A stretch of DNA of 64,000 nucleotides from Candidatus Woesearchaeota archaeon (GCA_047602735.1 JBLKOK010000002.1:20280-84279); one strand, 5' to 3'. Shown: positions 36,269 to 45,424, counted from the first letter of the stretch. Translations and numbers: made by a program. The notes: a model not told the origin generated them from the letters alone.

Positions 36269-37771
36269 ATGGCGAAACTTACTAATACAAAAATATTTGG
36301 AGACTTAACCGTAGTTGGAAAAGGAAAATTCAACAACACCATAAAAATAGGACCTCCAACACAAGACGACCATGCCACAACCAAACAATACGTAGATGAT
36401 CAAATAAACAACATAACCTTAACACCCGGTCCTCAAGGTCATACTGGGCCTACTGGGCCAGTTGGAGATATAGGAAATACAGGAAGTACAGGCGCTGTAG
36501 GTTATACAGGTGTAACAGGACCTGTGGGAGATACGGGTAGTTCTGGTGGTGTTGGGAGTCAAGGACCTGCAGGAGCTACAGGACCTGCAGGACACAGAGG
36601 AGTACAAGGACCTCAAGGACCTGGAGGATATAGAGGAGTACAAGGCGGAGCTGGACCAAGAGGACCACAAGGAAGTCATAGTACTACTGCAGGGCCAAGG
36701 GGACCACAAGGAAGCCAAGGAGCAACCGGGTATACAGGTAATAGAGGAGTACAAGGACCAGCAGGACCAGCAGGGCCAAGAGGACCGCAGGGTTCTGCAA
36801 GTAGTGTGAGAGGACCACAAGGAGCAGCCAATACAACTACAGGACCAAGAGGACCACAAGGAGGACAAGGAGCAACCGGACGCAGAGGACACACAGGAGG
36901 CGGAGGACCAGGAGGACCAAGAGGACCACAAGGAAGCCAAGGAGCAACCGGACACACAGGAAACAGAGGACCAGGAGGACCAGGAGGACCAAGAGGACCA
37001 CAAGGAGGACAAGGAGCAACCGGACGCAGAGGACACACAGGAGGCGGAGGACCAAGAGGACCACAAGGAGGCGGAGGACCAAGAGGACCACAAGGAGGCG
37101 GAGGACCAAGAGGACCACAAGGAGGCGGAGGATCGAGAGGACCACAAGGAGGCGGAGGACCAAGAGGACCACAAGGACCAGGCGGACCTACTGGTTGGTC
37201 TGGTAATACTGGACCTGCAGGTCCTCTTGGAATTAGGGGTCATCAAGGACCTCAAGGATATGCGGATACAGGTTCTTTCTCTACTAAGAAATTAAAGTAT
37301 GATATTAAGGATTTAGAAGATCAAACCAGAAAAGTTAATAAATTAAGGCCTGTTAGTTATAGGTGGAAGAAAGATAATGTAAAAGATATTGGTCTTATTT
37401 CTCAAGAGCTTCATGAAATTTATCCGGAGTTTACAGGATTAGATGAGAATGGAGAAGCGGTTAATATTGATTATAGTAAGTTAGTTACTGTTTTATTTGA
37501 TGTTGCTAAGCGTCAACAAAAAAAGATTGATGATTTGGTTAATAAATTTGAGTTTAAATTTTTAAGAGTTGTTGCTTCCAAGGATAAGTGTGATTTAGTT
37601 GTTAGTCTTCCAGATTATTTTAAGTATTTAAATAAAAATAATAGTGTGTTGGTTCAGCCTATTAACATGTTTAGTTCTGGTTATGGAGTAATTAAAAGTA
37701 ATAGTTTAGAGTTGTATTTGGATAAGAAAGGAGAATATGATGTTTTAATTATGAGTGTTAGGACTGATTAA
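36269..37771 (+). CDS. Collagen-like protein 3 with peptidase S74-like chaperone domain
   Basis: Gly-X-Y run, then STKKLKYDI...PVSYRWK...[13 protein letters not shown]...IDYSKL; C-terminal LPDYF domain. Confidence 0.9.
   Translation: MAKLTNTKIFGDLTVVGKGKFNNTIKIGPPTQDDHATTKQYVDDQINNITLTPGPQGHTGPTGPVGDIGNTGSTGAVGYTGVTGPVGDTGSSGGVGSQGPAGATGPAGHRGVQGPQGPGGYRGVQGGAGPRGPQGSHSTTAGPRGPQGSQGATGYTGNRGVQGPAGPAGPRGPQGSASSVRGPQGAANTTTGPRGPQGGQGATGRRGHTGGGGPGGPRGPQGSQGATGHTGNRGPGGPGGPRGPQGGQGATGRRGHTGGGGPRGPQGGGGPRGPQGGGGPRGPQGGGGSRGPQGGGGPRGPQGPGGPTGWSGNTGPAGPLGIRGHQGPQGYADTGSFSTKKLKYDIKDLEDQTRKVNKLRPVSYRWKKDNVKDIGLISQELHEIYPEFTGLDENGEAVNIDYSKLVTVLFDVAKRQQKKIDDLVNKFEFKFLRVVASKDKCDLVVSLPDYFKYLNKNNSVLVQPINMFSSGYGVIKSNSLELYLDKKGEYDVLIMSVRTD
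37040..37174 (+). repeat. 27-bp tandem repeat x5 (GGGGPRGPQ)
   Basis: GGAGGCGGAGGACCAAGAGGACCACAA x5, with one variant copy (GSR). Confidence 0.9.
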
Positions 37772-38885
37772 GTTGTTTGTATAAGCTTAGTATTATTATT
37801 GTTAGAACAATTATTATAGATACGAATAAGATTATTTGTGAATAATTCTTTGTTAAAGGTTGTTGTGTTTGTTGTTGACCTAATATATGTATGTTATTAT
37901 TTGTTATTATTGTGCGATATTGTTTTTGTGTTTGTATTCCTTCAAAGTTTAATTGTATTTCTAAATCGTAGTTTCCAGGTTCTAATCCTAAGGTATTTAG
38001 ATATATAGGAACTACTATGTTTTTATTTGGTTGTATTTGGATTTGTTGTGTTGTTTGTATATTTGTTTGTTTTATATTTGCAGTTATTTGTACGTCTAAA
38101 TTATTTGTCCATTCGTTTTTTAGTTTTAGGTCTATTTGCGCTATTTCTCCTAATCTAAATGGATAAGTAGTTAGTGATGTTATGTTTATTGTTGGTTTTC
38201 CTACGAGTATAGTTTTGTTTTTTTCTAGTAATTCTTGGTCGTATTTTATTTGTGCTTGTATTGTTTTTGTTCCTATTTGTGTTGGTGTCCAGTTATAGTT
38301 TATGTTTATTGTTTCTAGTGATTGAATTGTTTTAGTTTGTTGAATTGTTTCTTGGTTTATTTTTATGGTTGATGTTAGTGTTGTTTGTGTTAGTCCTATA
38401 TTTGTTGTTTTTAGTGTTATTATTCCTTTTTTGTTTGGTTCAAAGTTCGAGTTTAGTATTTCAAATTCTAATAATGGTTCTTGTACCGGATTTATTATTA
38501 TTAAGTCATGTGTTAGGCTTATTTGTGCTGCTATTTGTGATTGTGTTTGAGTTATTTTTGATATTGTTATAGGTATTTGGTTTCTTCCAGGATTTAATTT
38601 TTCTCTTGGTATGTTTGTTGTTATTTGTATTATTTCGTGTTGTGTTTGGTTTGTGAATTCTATTTGTGATTGGCTTAGTGTTATGTATTGTGATAATTCG
38701 TTTGGTATTTTTATTGTTGCTATAAAGTCTTGGTTTAGATTATTTATTATTCTTAAGTTATATGTTTGTGATAGTTCCAGTGTTTCTGTTTTTGCAGGCG
38801 CTATACCTAATGCATGTATTTGAGGTATTATCAACGTTATTAATAATATTGTTAGTATTATTTTTTTCACTGTGCTATACCCCAT
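37758..38885 (-). CDS. Secreted multi-Ig-domain protein with C-terminal TM (paralogue of 19451..20587)
   Basis: Signal peptide then LGIAPA; LKNEWTN versus IRNEWNQ; LEPGNYD versus LALGQYD; C-terminal TM. Confidence 0.7.
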   Translation of the reverse strand: MGYSTVKKIILTILLITLIIPQIHALGIAPAKTETLELSQTYNLRIINNLNQDFIATIKIPNELSQYITLSQSQIEFTNQTQHEIIQITTNIPREKLNPGRNQIPITISKITQTQSQIAAQISLTHDLIIINPVQEPLLEFEILNSNFEPNKKGIITLKTTNIGLTQTTLTSTIKINQETIQQTKTIQSLETININYNWTPTQIGTKTIQAQIKYDQELLEKNKTILVGKPTINITSLTTYPFRLGEIAQIDLKLKNEWTNNLDVQITANIKQTNIQTTQQIQIQPNKNIVVPIYLNTLGLEPGNYDLEIQLNFEGIQTQKQYRTIITNNNIHILGQQQTQQPLTKNYSQIILFVSIIIVLTIIILSLYKQLNQS

Positions 38886-40393
38886 ATAAAGTTTATTTCA
38901 GATTCTTTTGTTCCTGGCGGTTCGGCGCTTGGAACAGTTATAGATATATCAAAAGTTATGTTATTTGTAGGACTTTGCCAATTTAGGTCTTTTATTACAT
39001 TAGGAGTGTTTTGAGATATGTTTATCCAGTTAGTTATTGATTGTGATTCGTTAAAGTTTCCAGTTCTTGGTCTTAACATAAAAAATGATGTGTTAAGAGT
39101 TTGTGTTTCCCAAAGACTTTGCGTTGAAGTTATATTTCTCAAATCTGCTTCTATATTTCCATCGTTTCTAAACAGAAGCGGTTCGGGATTATTTGAGGTA
39201 GTGTTTAGTTGTTGATCTAGTTGTAGTGTTCCAAAGTTTATTTCGTTAACTATGGGCGTTATAATTATTGCTTGTACAAGTGTAAAATTAGATATGTTAC
39301 TCCATTCAGAGTATTCTTCTCCGTCAAATGCTCTTACTCTCCAATAATATGTTCCAAAGTCTTGAGGTAATATTTCTGTGTAGTTATTTTGTGTTAATCC
39401 TGTTTCATTTGTTACAATTATAGTAAGTGCTTCGTCCCTTGCAACTATTAATTCATATGTTAGTGGATCGTTGTCGTGATCTATTGGTATTGTCCAGTTG
39501 TAAAATATGTATCTGTTTGTGTATGTGTCATCTCCGTCTTCAGGGTTTAGTAATAATGGTTGTTTTGGAGGATGGTTTATTATTGTTACAGTTGAGCTAT
39601 TCATAGGTGTTGAGTTTAATTGTCCATCATCTGCTATACAGTTTAGTATCCATTCTTGGCTTTTTTGAGTTTGAGTGTTAGATATATTATTTACATTTAT
39701 TAAAGTATTTTGAGTTGTAAAGCTTGTCACACCAGACAAATGTTGAGTTCCATTCAAATACCAAGTATAGTGATATCTTACATCATCTAGATCAGAGTCT
39801 TGTGCTTGACAAAATCCTTGAAGAGTATAGTTTGAATAAACTGTTTGGTTTGGTTGTATGTATACTTGTACTAATTCAGGTGGTGCGTTATCAAATCCAC
39901 AACAAACTCTTGTTATATATGCAGAATCGCATGCTGCGCTTATGTGAGCGTTTGATAAATTTGTTGGATCTTCTGATGATGCTAATGAGTATATGCATTC
40001 AGCATCTTCAGGACACGTATTTTCATATACACCACATTGTACTTTCCTATTTGTTACAGATATACAAGATTCATAAGGATAATTATCTTGGGTTGGTACT
40101 TCAACGTGAGCATTTGTTTGTGATGATAGTCTTACAAATACCGCGCCATCGTCTGTGCATGTATTTGTTAAGTCTTGCGATATTAAGTCTGCGTTGCAAC
40201 ATATTACATTATCATATGTTCCTATACTTGCTAGTTGAGCGTGAGCATTATGATACCCTCCCGTATCGTTTAGTACACCAAGTATTATCGTTCCAGAACA
40301 ACCCGAGATAGTTGTTACTTCACAAGATATATCTGCATTAACAATATTTATTGTAGCAGTTAGTAAAATTAAGATTATGATAAGTTTTTTCAT
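38867..40393 (-). CDS. Secreted Cys-rich/Ig/FN3-like surface protein
   Basis: Signal peptide, Cys-rich N-terminus with NAH repeats, YYWRVRAFDG..YSEWS FN3-like motif. C-terminal domain resembles 20647..21291. Confidence 0.75.
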   Translation of the reverse strand: MKKLIIILILLTATINIVNADISCEVTTISGCSGTIILGVLNDTGGYHNAHAQLASIGTYDNVICCNADLISQDLTNTCTDDGAVFVRLSSQTNAHVEVPTQDNYPYESCISVTNRKVQCGVYENTCPEDAECIYSLASSEDPTNLSNAHISAACDSAYITRVCCGFDNAPPELVQVYIQPNQTVYSNYTLQGFCQAQDSDLDDVRYHYTWYLNGTQHLSGVTSFTTQNTLINVNNISNTQTQKSQEWILNCIADDGQLNSTPMNSSTVTIINHPPKQPLLLNPEDGDDTYTNRYIFYNWTIPIDHDNDPLTYELIVARDEALTIIVTNETGLTQNNYTEILPQDFGTYYWRVRAFDGEEYSEWSNISNFTLVQAIIITPIVNEINFGTLQLDQQLNTTSNNPEPLLFRNDGNIEADLRNITSTQSLWETQTLNTSFFMLRPRTGNFNESQSITNWINISQNTPNVIKDLNWQSPTNNITFDISITVPSAEPPGTKESEINFIWGIAQ

Positions 40394-40571
40394 TAAAACA
40401 CCCGTTCCTCTTTTTGTTATTTCTTAATATAAGTATATAAAGTTTTATATTATAAATTTTTTTTAAGAGTATTATTTGTTAATTATTTTTCTTAGTTTTT
40501 ATAATAATCATATTTTTTTATTAGATATATAAAAACTTTTATATAGTGCTTTGAGGTTCTCTTATTTTATT

Positions 40572-40645
40572 GAGCCCGTGGCTTAGCCTGGTATAGCGCA
40601 CGACTGATAATCGTGAGGTCCGCGGTTCAAATCCGCGCGGGCTCA
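40572..40645 (+). tRNA. tRNA-Ile(GAT)
   Basis: GAGCCCG/CGGGCTC acceptor, anticodon arm CACGA-CT GAT AA-TCGTG, GGTTCAAATCC. Confidence 0.95.
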
Positions 40646-40664
40646 TATTAACTTTATAAAAAAA

Positions 40665-41249
40665 ATGGAATTTAATCCTAATTTTAAACCAGGTATACTA
40701 GAAATGTTTACAGGACCTATGAAGTCTGGTAAAAGTCTTGAACTTATTCAACGAGTTGAGCGATTAAAGTATATGACTGGTATTGATATTGCTTTTTTTA
40801 AACCAAAAATAGATACTAGAGATAAAAATTTAGTTTCTAGGTTTAGTGATAATGGTTATGATTGTGTTTTTGTTTCTAGTAGCAGAGATATTTTGGATAA
40901 TTTAGATGATGAAAAGGTTGTAGTTATTGATGAAGCCCAGTTTTTTGACGAGGATTTGTTTGATGTTGTTAAGTATTTGTTAAGTGAAGAGTATAATGTT
41001 ATTGTTGCTGGCCTCGATCTTGATTTTAGAGGTGAGCCTTTTGGACCTGTGCCTTCTTTGTTGGCTCTTGCTAATGAAGTTAAAAAGCTTAGTGGTATTT
41101 GTGATTTTAAGGAGTGTAATAACCCTGCTTATTTTACTCAGCGTTTGATTAATGGTGATCCTGCAAGGTATGATAGTCCTACTATTTTGATTGGTGATAG
41201 TGATCATTATGAGACTAGGTGTAGGAAGCATCATTTTGTTCCAAGATGA
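40665..41249 (+). CDS. tdk: Thymidine kinase
   Basis: GPMKSGKS, FKPKIDTR, IDEAQFF, AGLDLDFRGEPF, Zn-site cysteines. Confidence 0.95.
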   Translation: MEFNPNFKPGILEMFTGPMKSGKSLELIQRVERLKYMTGIDIAFFKPKIDTRDKNLVSRFSDNGYDCVFVSSSRDILDNLDDEKVVVIDEAQFFDEDLFDVVKYLLSEEYNVIVAGLDLDFRGEPFGPVPSLLALANEVKKLSGICDFKECNNPAYFTQRLINGDPARYDSPTILIGDSDHYETRCRKHHFVPR

Positions 41250-41250
41250 A

Positions 41251-41664
41251 TTAATTTTTAGAATATTTTTCTAATTGTTCTATGAGGTTAGGTATTTCTA
41301 TAATTGCTTGTTTTACTGTTTCTTTTTCTATTTCTTCACCATAATAATTTATTCCGTTTCTAATTTTTCTATATCTGTTAAATTTATTAAATAAATATGT
41401 TTCTTTTAAAATATCTCTTAAGAAAAATCCCATTGATTCATGATCTAAGAATTTATATCCGTTTAAATAACCTATCGCTTCACAATGCTGTCTTAAACCT
41501 TCATATAATTCTCTAAATATTGATTTAGCAGTTTTATTAGAAAAAGGTATTATTTTTGCTGTCTGAATTGCTTGATTTGATTATTTTAATATATTTAAGG
41601 CTCTATTTTTATTAATAGTTACGTTTTTTACTTTCCCTTTTTCTAAACTTTGTTGAAAATTCAT
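41251..41664 (-). pseudogene. HEPN-type toxin gene interrupted by an in-frame TAA
   Basis: ATG at 41664 overlaps the MNT stop (ATGA). Codon 28 (41581-41583) is TAA and the frame continues as SNQAIQTA...RELYEGLRQ...DHE...RKIRNGINYYG. Confidence 0.75.
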
Positions 41665-42191
41665 AATATTGATAATTCACCACTAAGAACTATACCATTA
41701 CAAATATTATTTACTAAATAAGTATTTGATTTTTTTAGTTTATCCCATGATGAATTATTATAAATATGCAAACTTACTTTTCTATTTAATACTTGTTCAT
41801 ACTTGTCCAGTGCAAAAATTTTTTTTATGTCAGATATTATACATATATCTATATCACTATCTTTATAATTGGTAGCTGTCGAGTAACTTCCAAACAAAAC
41901 TATTGTTGGATAATCATATTTTTGTTCTAAATTTTCTATTAGTTTTGATTTTCTTATTTTTTCTAAGTTATAGTAAAGTTTTAGATTTAGTGTTTTTTTT
42001 GAGTTTGTTAATTGATAAAAAGAATATATTCTGTCTTTTTCAAGAGTTAAATATTTTTCTTTTACCAGCATATTTAAGTGTTGTCTTGTTGTTGTATGAT
42101 TAGTTTTTATTAATCTTGAAAGTTCTCTTATACTAAATTTTTTGTTAGGATCTTCGAAGAATGATTTTAATATGTTTAATTTTTTTTCCAT
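41661..42191 (-). CDS. wHTH-fused minimal nucleotidyltransferase (MNT antitoxin)
   Basis: FSIRELSR HTH; IVLFGSYS...DSDIDI. Confidence 0.88.
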   Translation of the reverse strand: MEKKLNILKSFFEDPNKKFSIRELSRLIKTNHTTTRQHLNMLVKEKYLTLEKDRIYSFYQLTNSKKTLNLKLYYNLEKIRKSKLIENLEQKYDYPTIVLFGSYSTATNYKDSDIDICIISDIKKIFALDKYEQVLNRKVSLHIYNNSSWDKLKKSNTYLVNNICNGIVLSGELSIL

Positions 42192-42211
42192 TTGGAAATA
42201 TAAATTTCCAA
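42192..42211. promoter_or_regulatory. Palindromic operator of the MNT-HEPN operon
   Basis: TTGGAAAT-ataa-ATTTCCAA abuts the MNT start codon; TATA box at ~42215-42223. Confidence 0.65.
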
Positions 42212-42283
42212 TTGTTTATAAAAGTTTCCATTTTTTATTTGTTTGAAGAATTTTTATATATAATAGTTAGTTTCTTGTTTTTT

Positions 42284-43753
42284 ATGGATGAGATTTCAAC
42301 GCTTGTTTTAGAGACTTTGAATTTGGATAAGCAAGTTATTATTTTTGTTAATAGTAAAAGAGGTGCTGAGAGTCAGGCCGAAAAGGTTTCTAAGATAATA
42401 AAGAGTAGTAGTGATGAATTAATTAACATAAGTAATTCTGCTTTGTCTGCTTTGACTAATCCTACTCGTCAGTGTAAGCGGCTTGCGATGACTTTAAAAA
42501 AAGGTGTTGCATTTCATCATTCAGGTCTTAGTAGTAAGCAAAGAGATTTGGTTGAAGATAATTTTAAGCAAGGTAAAATAAAAGTTATTTGTGCAACACC
42601 AACTCTTGCAGCAGGTGTTGATCTTCCAGCGTTTAGAGTTATTATTCGTGATGTTAAAAGATATACTGGTTTTGGTATGAGTTTTATTCCCGTTCTTGAA
42701 TATGAACAACAAGCTGGTAGAGCTGGTCGTCCTAGTTATGATAATGAAGGTCAAGCAGTATTAATTGCTAAAGATCCTATTGAAAGAGAGGAGCTTTGGA
42801 GTCGTTATGTTAACGGTAAGCCTGAGAATATTTATAGTAAGCTTGCTGTTGAGCCTGTTCTTAGAATTTATGTTTTGAGTCTTGTTAGTAGTGGTTTTGT
42901 TAGAAGCTTTGAAGATTTACTTGATTTTATGAGTAATACTTTTTATGCTCATCAGTATGGCGATATGGTTAAGTTGAAGATGATTTTGTCTAAGATTGTT
43001 CGTATGCTTGTTGATTGGAGTTTTTTGGAAGCTGATGAATTTAATCTTAGTGCTACTGTTTTAGGTAGGCGTATTAGTGAGCTTTATCTTGATCCTTATA
43101 CTGCTAATTATTTGCTTGAGAATTTTGATTCTGATTTTGAGGATTTTGGTGTTTTGCAGCTTATTAGTTATACGCTTGAGATGCGTCCGCTTATTCGTAC
43201 TAAGAAGGCTGATGAGCAAATTATTTTTGATCGTTTGATTAATTCTGAGTTGCTTGTTGATGAGCCCGATAGTTATAGTGATGAGTTCGAGGAGTTTTTG
43301 AATAGTGTTAAGACTGCTGTTGTTTTAGAGGATTGGATGAATGAAGTGCACGAGGATATTTTGTATGAGAAGTACGGGGTTACTCCTGGCGAGCTTAATG
43401 CTAAGCTTGAGAGAGGTAATTGGCTTTTATATAGTTTGTATGAGCTTTTAAAAATTAGAGGTTATAAGAACATAGGTGGACTATTGAGAGTTCAGACTAG
43501 GCTTAAGTTTGGTGTTAAAGAAGAGCTTTTACCTCTTTTAAGGCTTAAGGGTATTGGTCGTGTTAGAGCTAGGAAGTTGTTTGTTAATAAAGTTAAAGAT
43601 CTTGGTGATGTTAAAAAGGTGGATGTTACTACGCTTACTCAGATTTTGGGTCCTAGTATGGCTAAGAATGTTAAAGAACAAGTTGGTATAAAAGTTGAGG
43701 TTGTTAAGCAAAATAAACGTAAGGGCCAAATTAATCTTAATGATTTTACTTAA
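42284..43753 (+). CDS. Hel308/Ski2-like helicase lacking the N-terminal RecA domain
   Basis: IIFVNSKR, GVAFHHSGL, ATPTLAAGVDLPA, QQAGRAGRP, C-terminal HhH (GIGRVRARKL). No Walker A or DExH in the ORF. Confidence 0.85.
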   Translation: MDEISTLVLETLNLDKQVIIFVNSKRGAESQAEKVSKIIKSSSDELINISNSALSALTNPTRQCKRLAMTLKKGVAFHHSGLSSKQRDLVEDNFKQGKIKVICATPTLAAGVDLPAFRVIIRDVKRYTGFGMSFIPVLEYEQQAGRAGRPSYDNEGQAVLIAKDPIEREELWSRYVNGKPENIYSKLAVEPVLRIYVLSLVSSGFVRSFEDLLDFMSNTFYAHQYGDMVKLKMILSKIVRMLVDWSFLEADEFNLSATVLGRRISELYLDPYTANYLLENFDSDFEDFGVLQLISYTLEMRPLIRTKKADEQIIFDRLINSELLVDEPDSYSDEFEEFLNSVKTAVVLEDWMNEVHEDILYEKYGVTPGELNAKLERGNWLLYSLYELLKIRGYKNIGGLLRVQTRLKFGVKEELLPLLRLKGIGRVRARKLFVNKVKDLGDVKKVDVTTLTQILGPSMAKNVKEQVGIKVEVVKQNKRKGQINLNDFT

Positions 43754-44693
43754 TTATATAGCAATGATTGTGGTAGACTACTGTTACTTTTTGTCCTATG
43801 TTTAAGTCTAGTTTTAATGGGTTTTTTGCTTTTGTTGATTGGTAGTTTTTGTTTAGTATTTCTATTTGTGGATTTGTTGTTGTTACTTGGGTTTTGTGTT
43901 TTTTTAGTATCTTAACTGAGTCATGTATTTTTTGGTTGAACGGAAAGGTTGTTTTTTTGTTTTTTTCAAGATCTATCCCCGTATTTTCTTTTCCAAGTGC
44001 TGTTATTAGTATTGGTTGATTTTCTAGTATTATTACGTCTTTTTCTTTAAAGCTAGGTATTGTTAAAAGTGCGTTTACTCTAAATATGTCTTTACTGGTT
44101 TGGTGGTTTCTTGAAAATAGTTGTTCGTTTAAGTCTAGTGTTCCTGAATAGTTTTTTATTACTTGTAATGCGACTTTTTTGAGTTTTTTTTTGTCAATGA
44201 AGTAGAAGTCTGCGCTGTCTTTTTTTTCTACTATGTTATTTGTTAGTATCTTGTTTTTTTGTAAGTAATTTTTTATGTATTGGTTTACTTCTTTTCTTGT
44301 GTTTCTTACTTGTAATATTCCTTCATAGTATTCTGATCCTAGTTTTGCTACTGTTGGACTGTATGTTGTTTCTATGTATATAGTTATTGGGTAAACGTAG
44401 TTTTTGTGTATTATTGTTATTTCAAAATCTTTTTTTATTCCTGGTTTTGTTAGTAATTCGTATTGTTCTAATCCTTTTTCTAGTTCTACTTTTTGGTTTA
44501 TGTTTTGTTTTACTAATTTTTTTGTGAGTTCTCTTAAGTTTTTGAATTTTGTCCATTTTCCTTTGTAGAAGTATCTCATTGATGGACATAGTTGTATCGA
44601 TATTTTTTTGTATTCTATGTCTGTTTCTTTGCAGTCATTGCAAAATGTTCCTGCAGTTATTGTTTTTCCGCATTTTGGACAAAATTTTTTCAT
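43746..44693 (-). CDS. nmd3: NMD3 family ribosome-export/biogenesis protein
   Basis: FCPKCG...FCNDC, YYEGILQVR, QLFSRNHQTSKDIFRVN. Confidence 0.85.
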   Translation of the reverse strand: MKKFCPKCGKTITAGTFCNDCKETDIEYKKISIQLCPSMRYFYKGKWTKFKNLRELTKKLVKQNINQKVELEKGLEQYELLTKPGIKKDFEITIIHKNYVYPITIYIETTYSPTVAKLGSEYYEGILQVRNTRKEVNQYIKNYLQKNKILTNNIVEKKDSADFYFIDKKKLKKVALQVIKNYSGTLDLNEQLFSRNHQTSKDIFRVNALLTIPSFKEKDVIILENQPILITALGKENTGIDLEKNKKTTFPFNQKIHDSVKILKKHKTQVTTTNPQIEILNKNYQSTKAKNPLKLDLNIGQKVTVVYHNHCYIIK

Positions 44694-44746
44694 GTTATTA
44701 TTAGTATTAGATATTTATTTAAATCATTGTTGTTTTTTTGTTATTT

Positions 44747-45385
44747 ATGAATTGGCTAAAGAAGTTTTGGAAGTTTTTGTGGCATGATGATTCTTTTCTT
44801 AGCTGGGTTACTTTAGCAATCATAGTTTTTGTTATGTTCAAATTTGTTTTGTATCCTTTAAGCGGAGTAATTTTTGGTACTAGTTTGCCTGTTGTTGCTG
44901 TTATTAGTGAGAGCATGGAGCATCGTGTTAATATTGATGATAACGGTGTTAATTATATGTGCGGTATTAGTTTTAGTAGGAGCAATAGAGAGGTTACTTT
45001 TGATAGATGGTGGGCTATTTGTGGTTCTTGGTATGAACAAAATACAGATATTACTAAAGAGGAGTTTTCAGAATTTAGGTTTAGTAATGGTTTTAATAAA
45101 GGAGATATTATTTTTGCTAGAGGAAAAAATTCTGAAGATATCGAGGTAGGCGATGTTATTATTTTTGCTACAAATCAACCAGTTCCAATTATTCACAGAG
45201 TTATTGAGATATTTGAAGAGGACGGAGATTTGTTTTTTGCAACTAAAGGAGATAATAATGCTGATGTTAATAGGGCTATTGGAGAGCATAGAATTCATGA
45301 AGATAATGTCTTAGGCGTAGCTAGTTTTAGGGTTCCTTGGCTTGGTTATTTTAGGGTTTGGCTTGGCGAATTTTTAGGCATATAA
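44747..45385 (+). CDS. Signal peptidase I, archaeal Sec11/S26B type
   Basis: VISESMEH, GDII, PIIHRV, TKGDNN, VPWLGY. Probable ATG at 44747. Confidence 0.9.
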   Translation: MNWLKKFWKFLWHDDSFLSWVTLAIIVFVMFKFVLYPLSGVIFGTSLPVVAVISESMEHRVNIDDNGVNYMCGISFSRSNREVTFDRWWAICGSWYEQNTDITKEEFSEFRFSNGFNKGDIIFARGKNSEDIEVGDVIIFATNQPVPIIHRVIEIFEEDGDLFFATKGDNNADVNRAIGEHRIHEDNVLGVASFRVPWLGYFRVWLGEFLGI

Positions 45386-45424
45386 ACCACAAATAATATA
45401 AAATGTATATTTTTACTTTAAGTT

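Noticed and set aside
33379..37255. Alternative-frame and antisense ORFs over the collagen genes (E/D/Q-rich, S/W-rich, L/V-rich)
   Set aside because: They are shadows of low-complexity, T-poor repeats that lack stop codons.
33460..37260. CRISPR array
   Set aside because: The repeats are in-frame Gly-X-Y coding units without unique spacers, and no cas genes are present.
23126..37771. Intact prophage or provirus
   Set aside because: Only fibre-type modules are present. I see no capsid, terminase, portal, integrase, replication or lysis genes and no att-like tRNA duplication, and the fibres carry cellular export signals.
41581..41583. Stop-codon reassignment
   Set aside because: TAA, TAG and TGA all terminate conserved genes normally in this window, so a single internal TAA fits a nonsense mutation or error better.
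42161..42283. N-terminal extension of the helicase given in the ORF track
   Set aside because: It overlaps the divergent MNT start and promoter, is F/I/L low-complexity and has no helicase motifs. ATG 42284 has its own TATA box.
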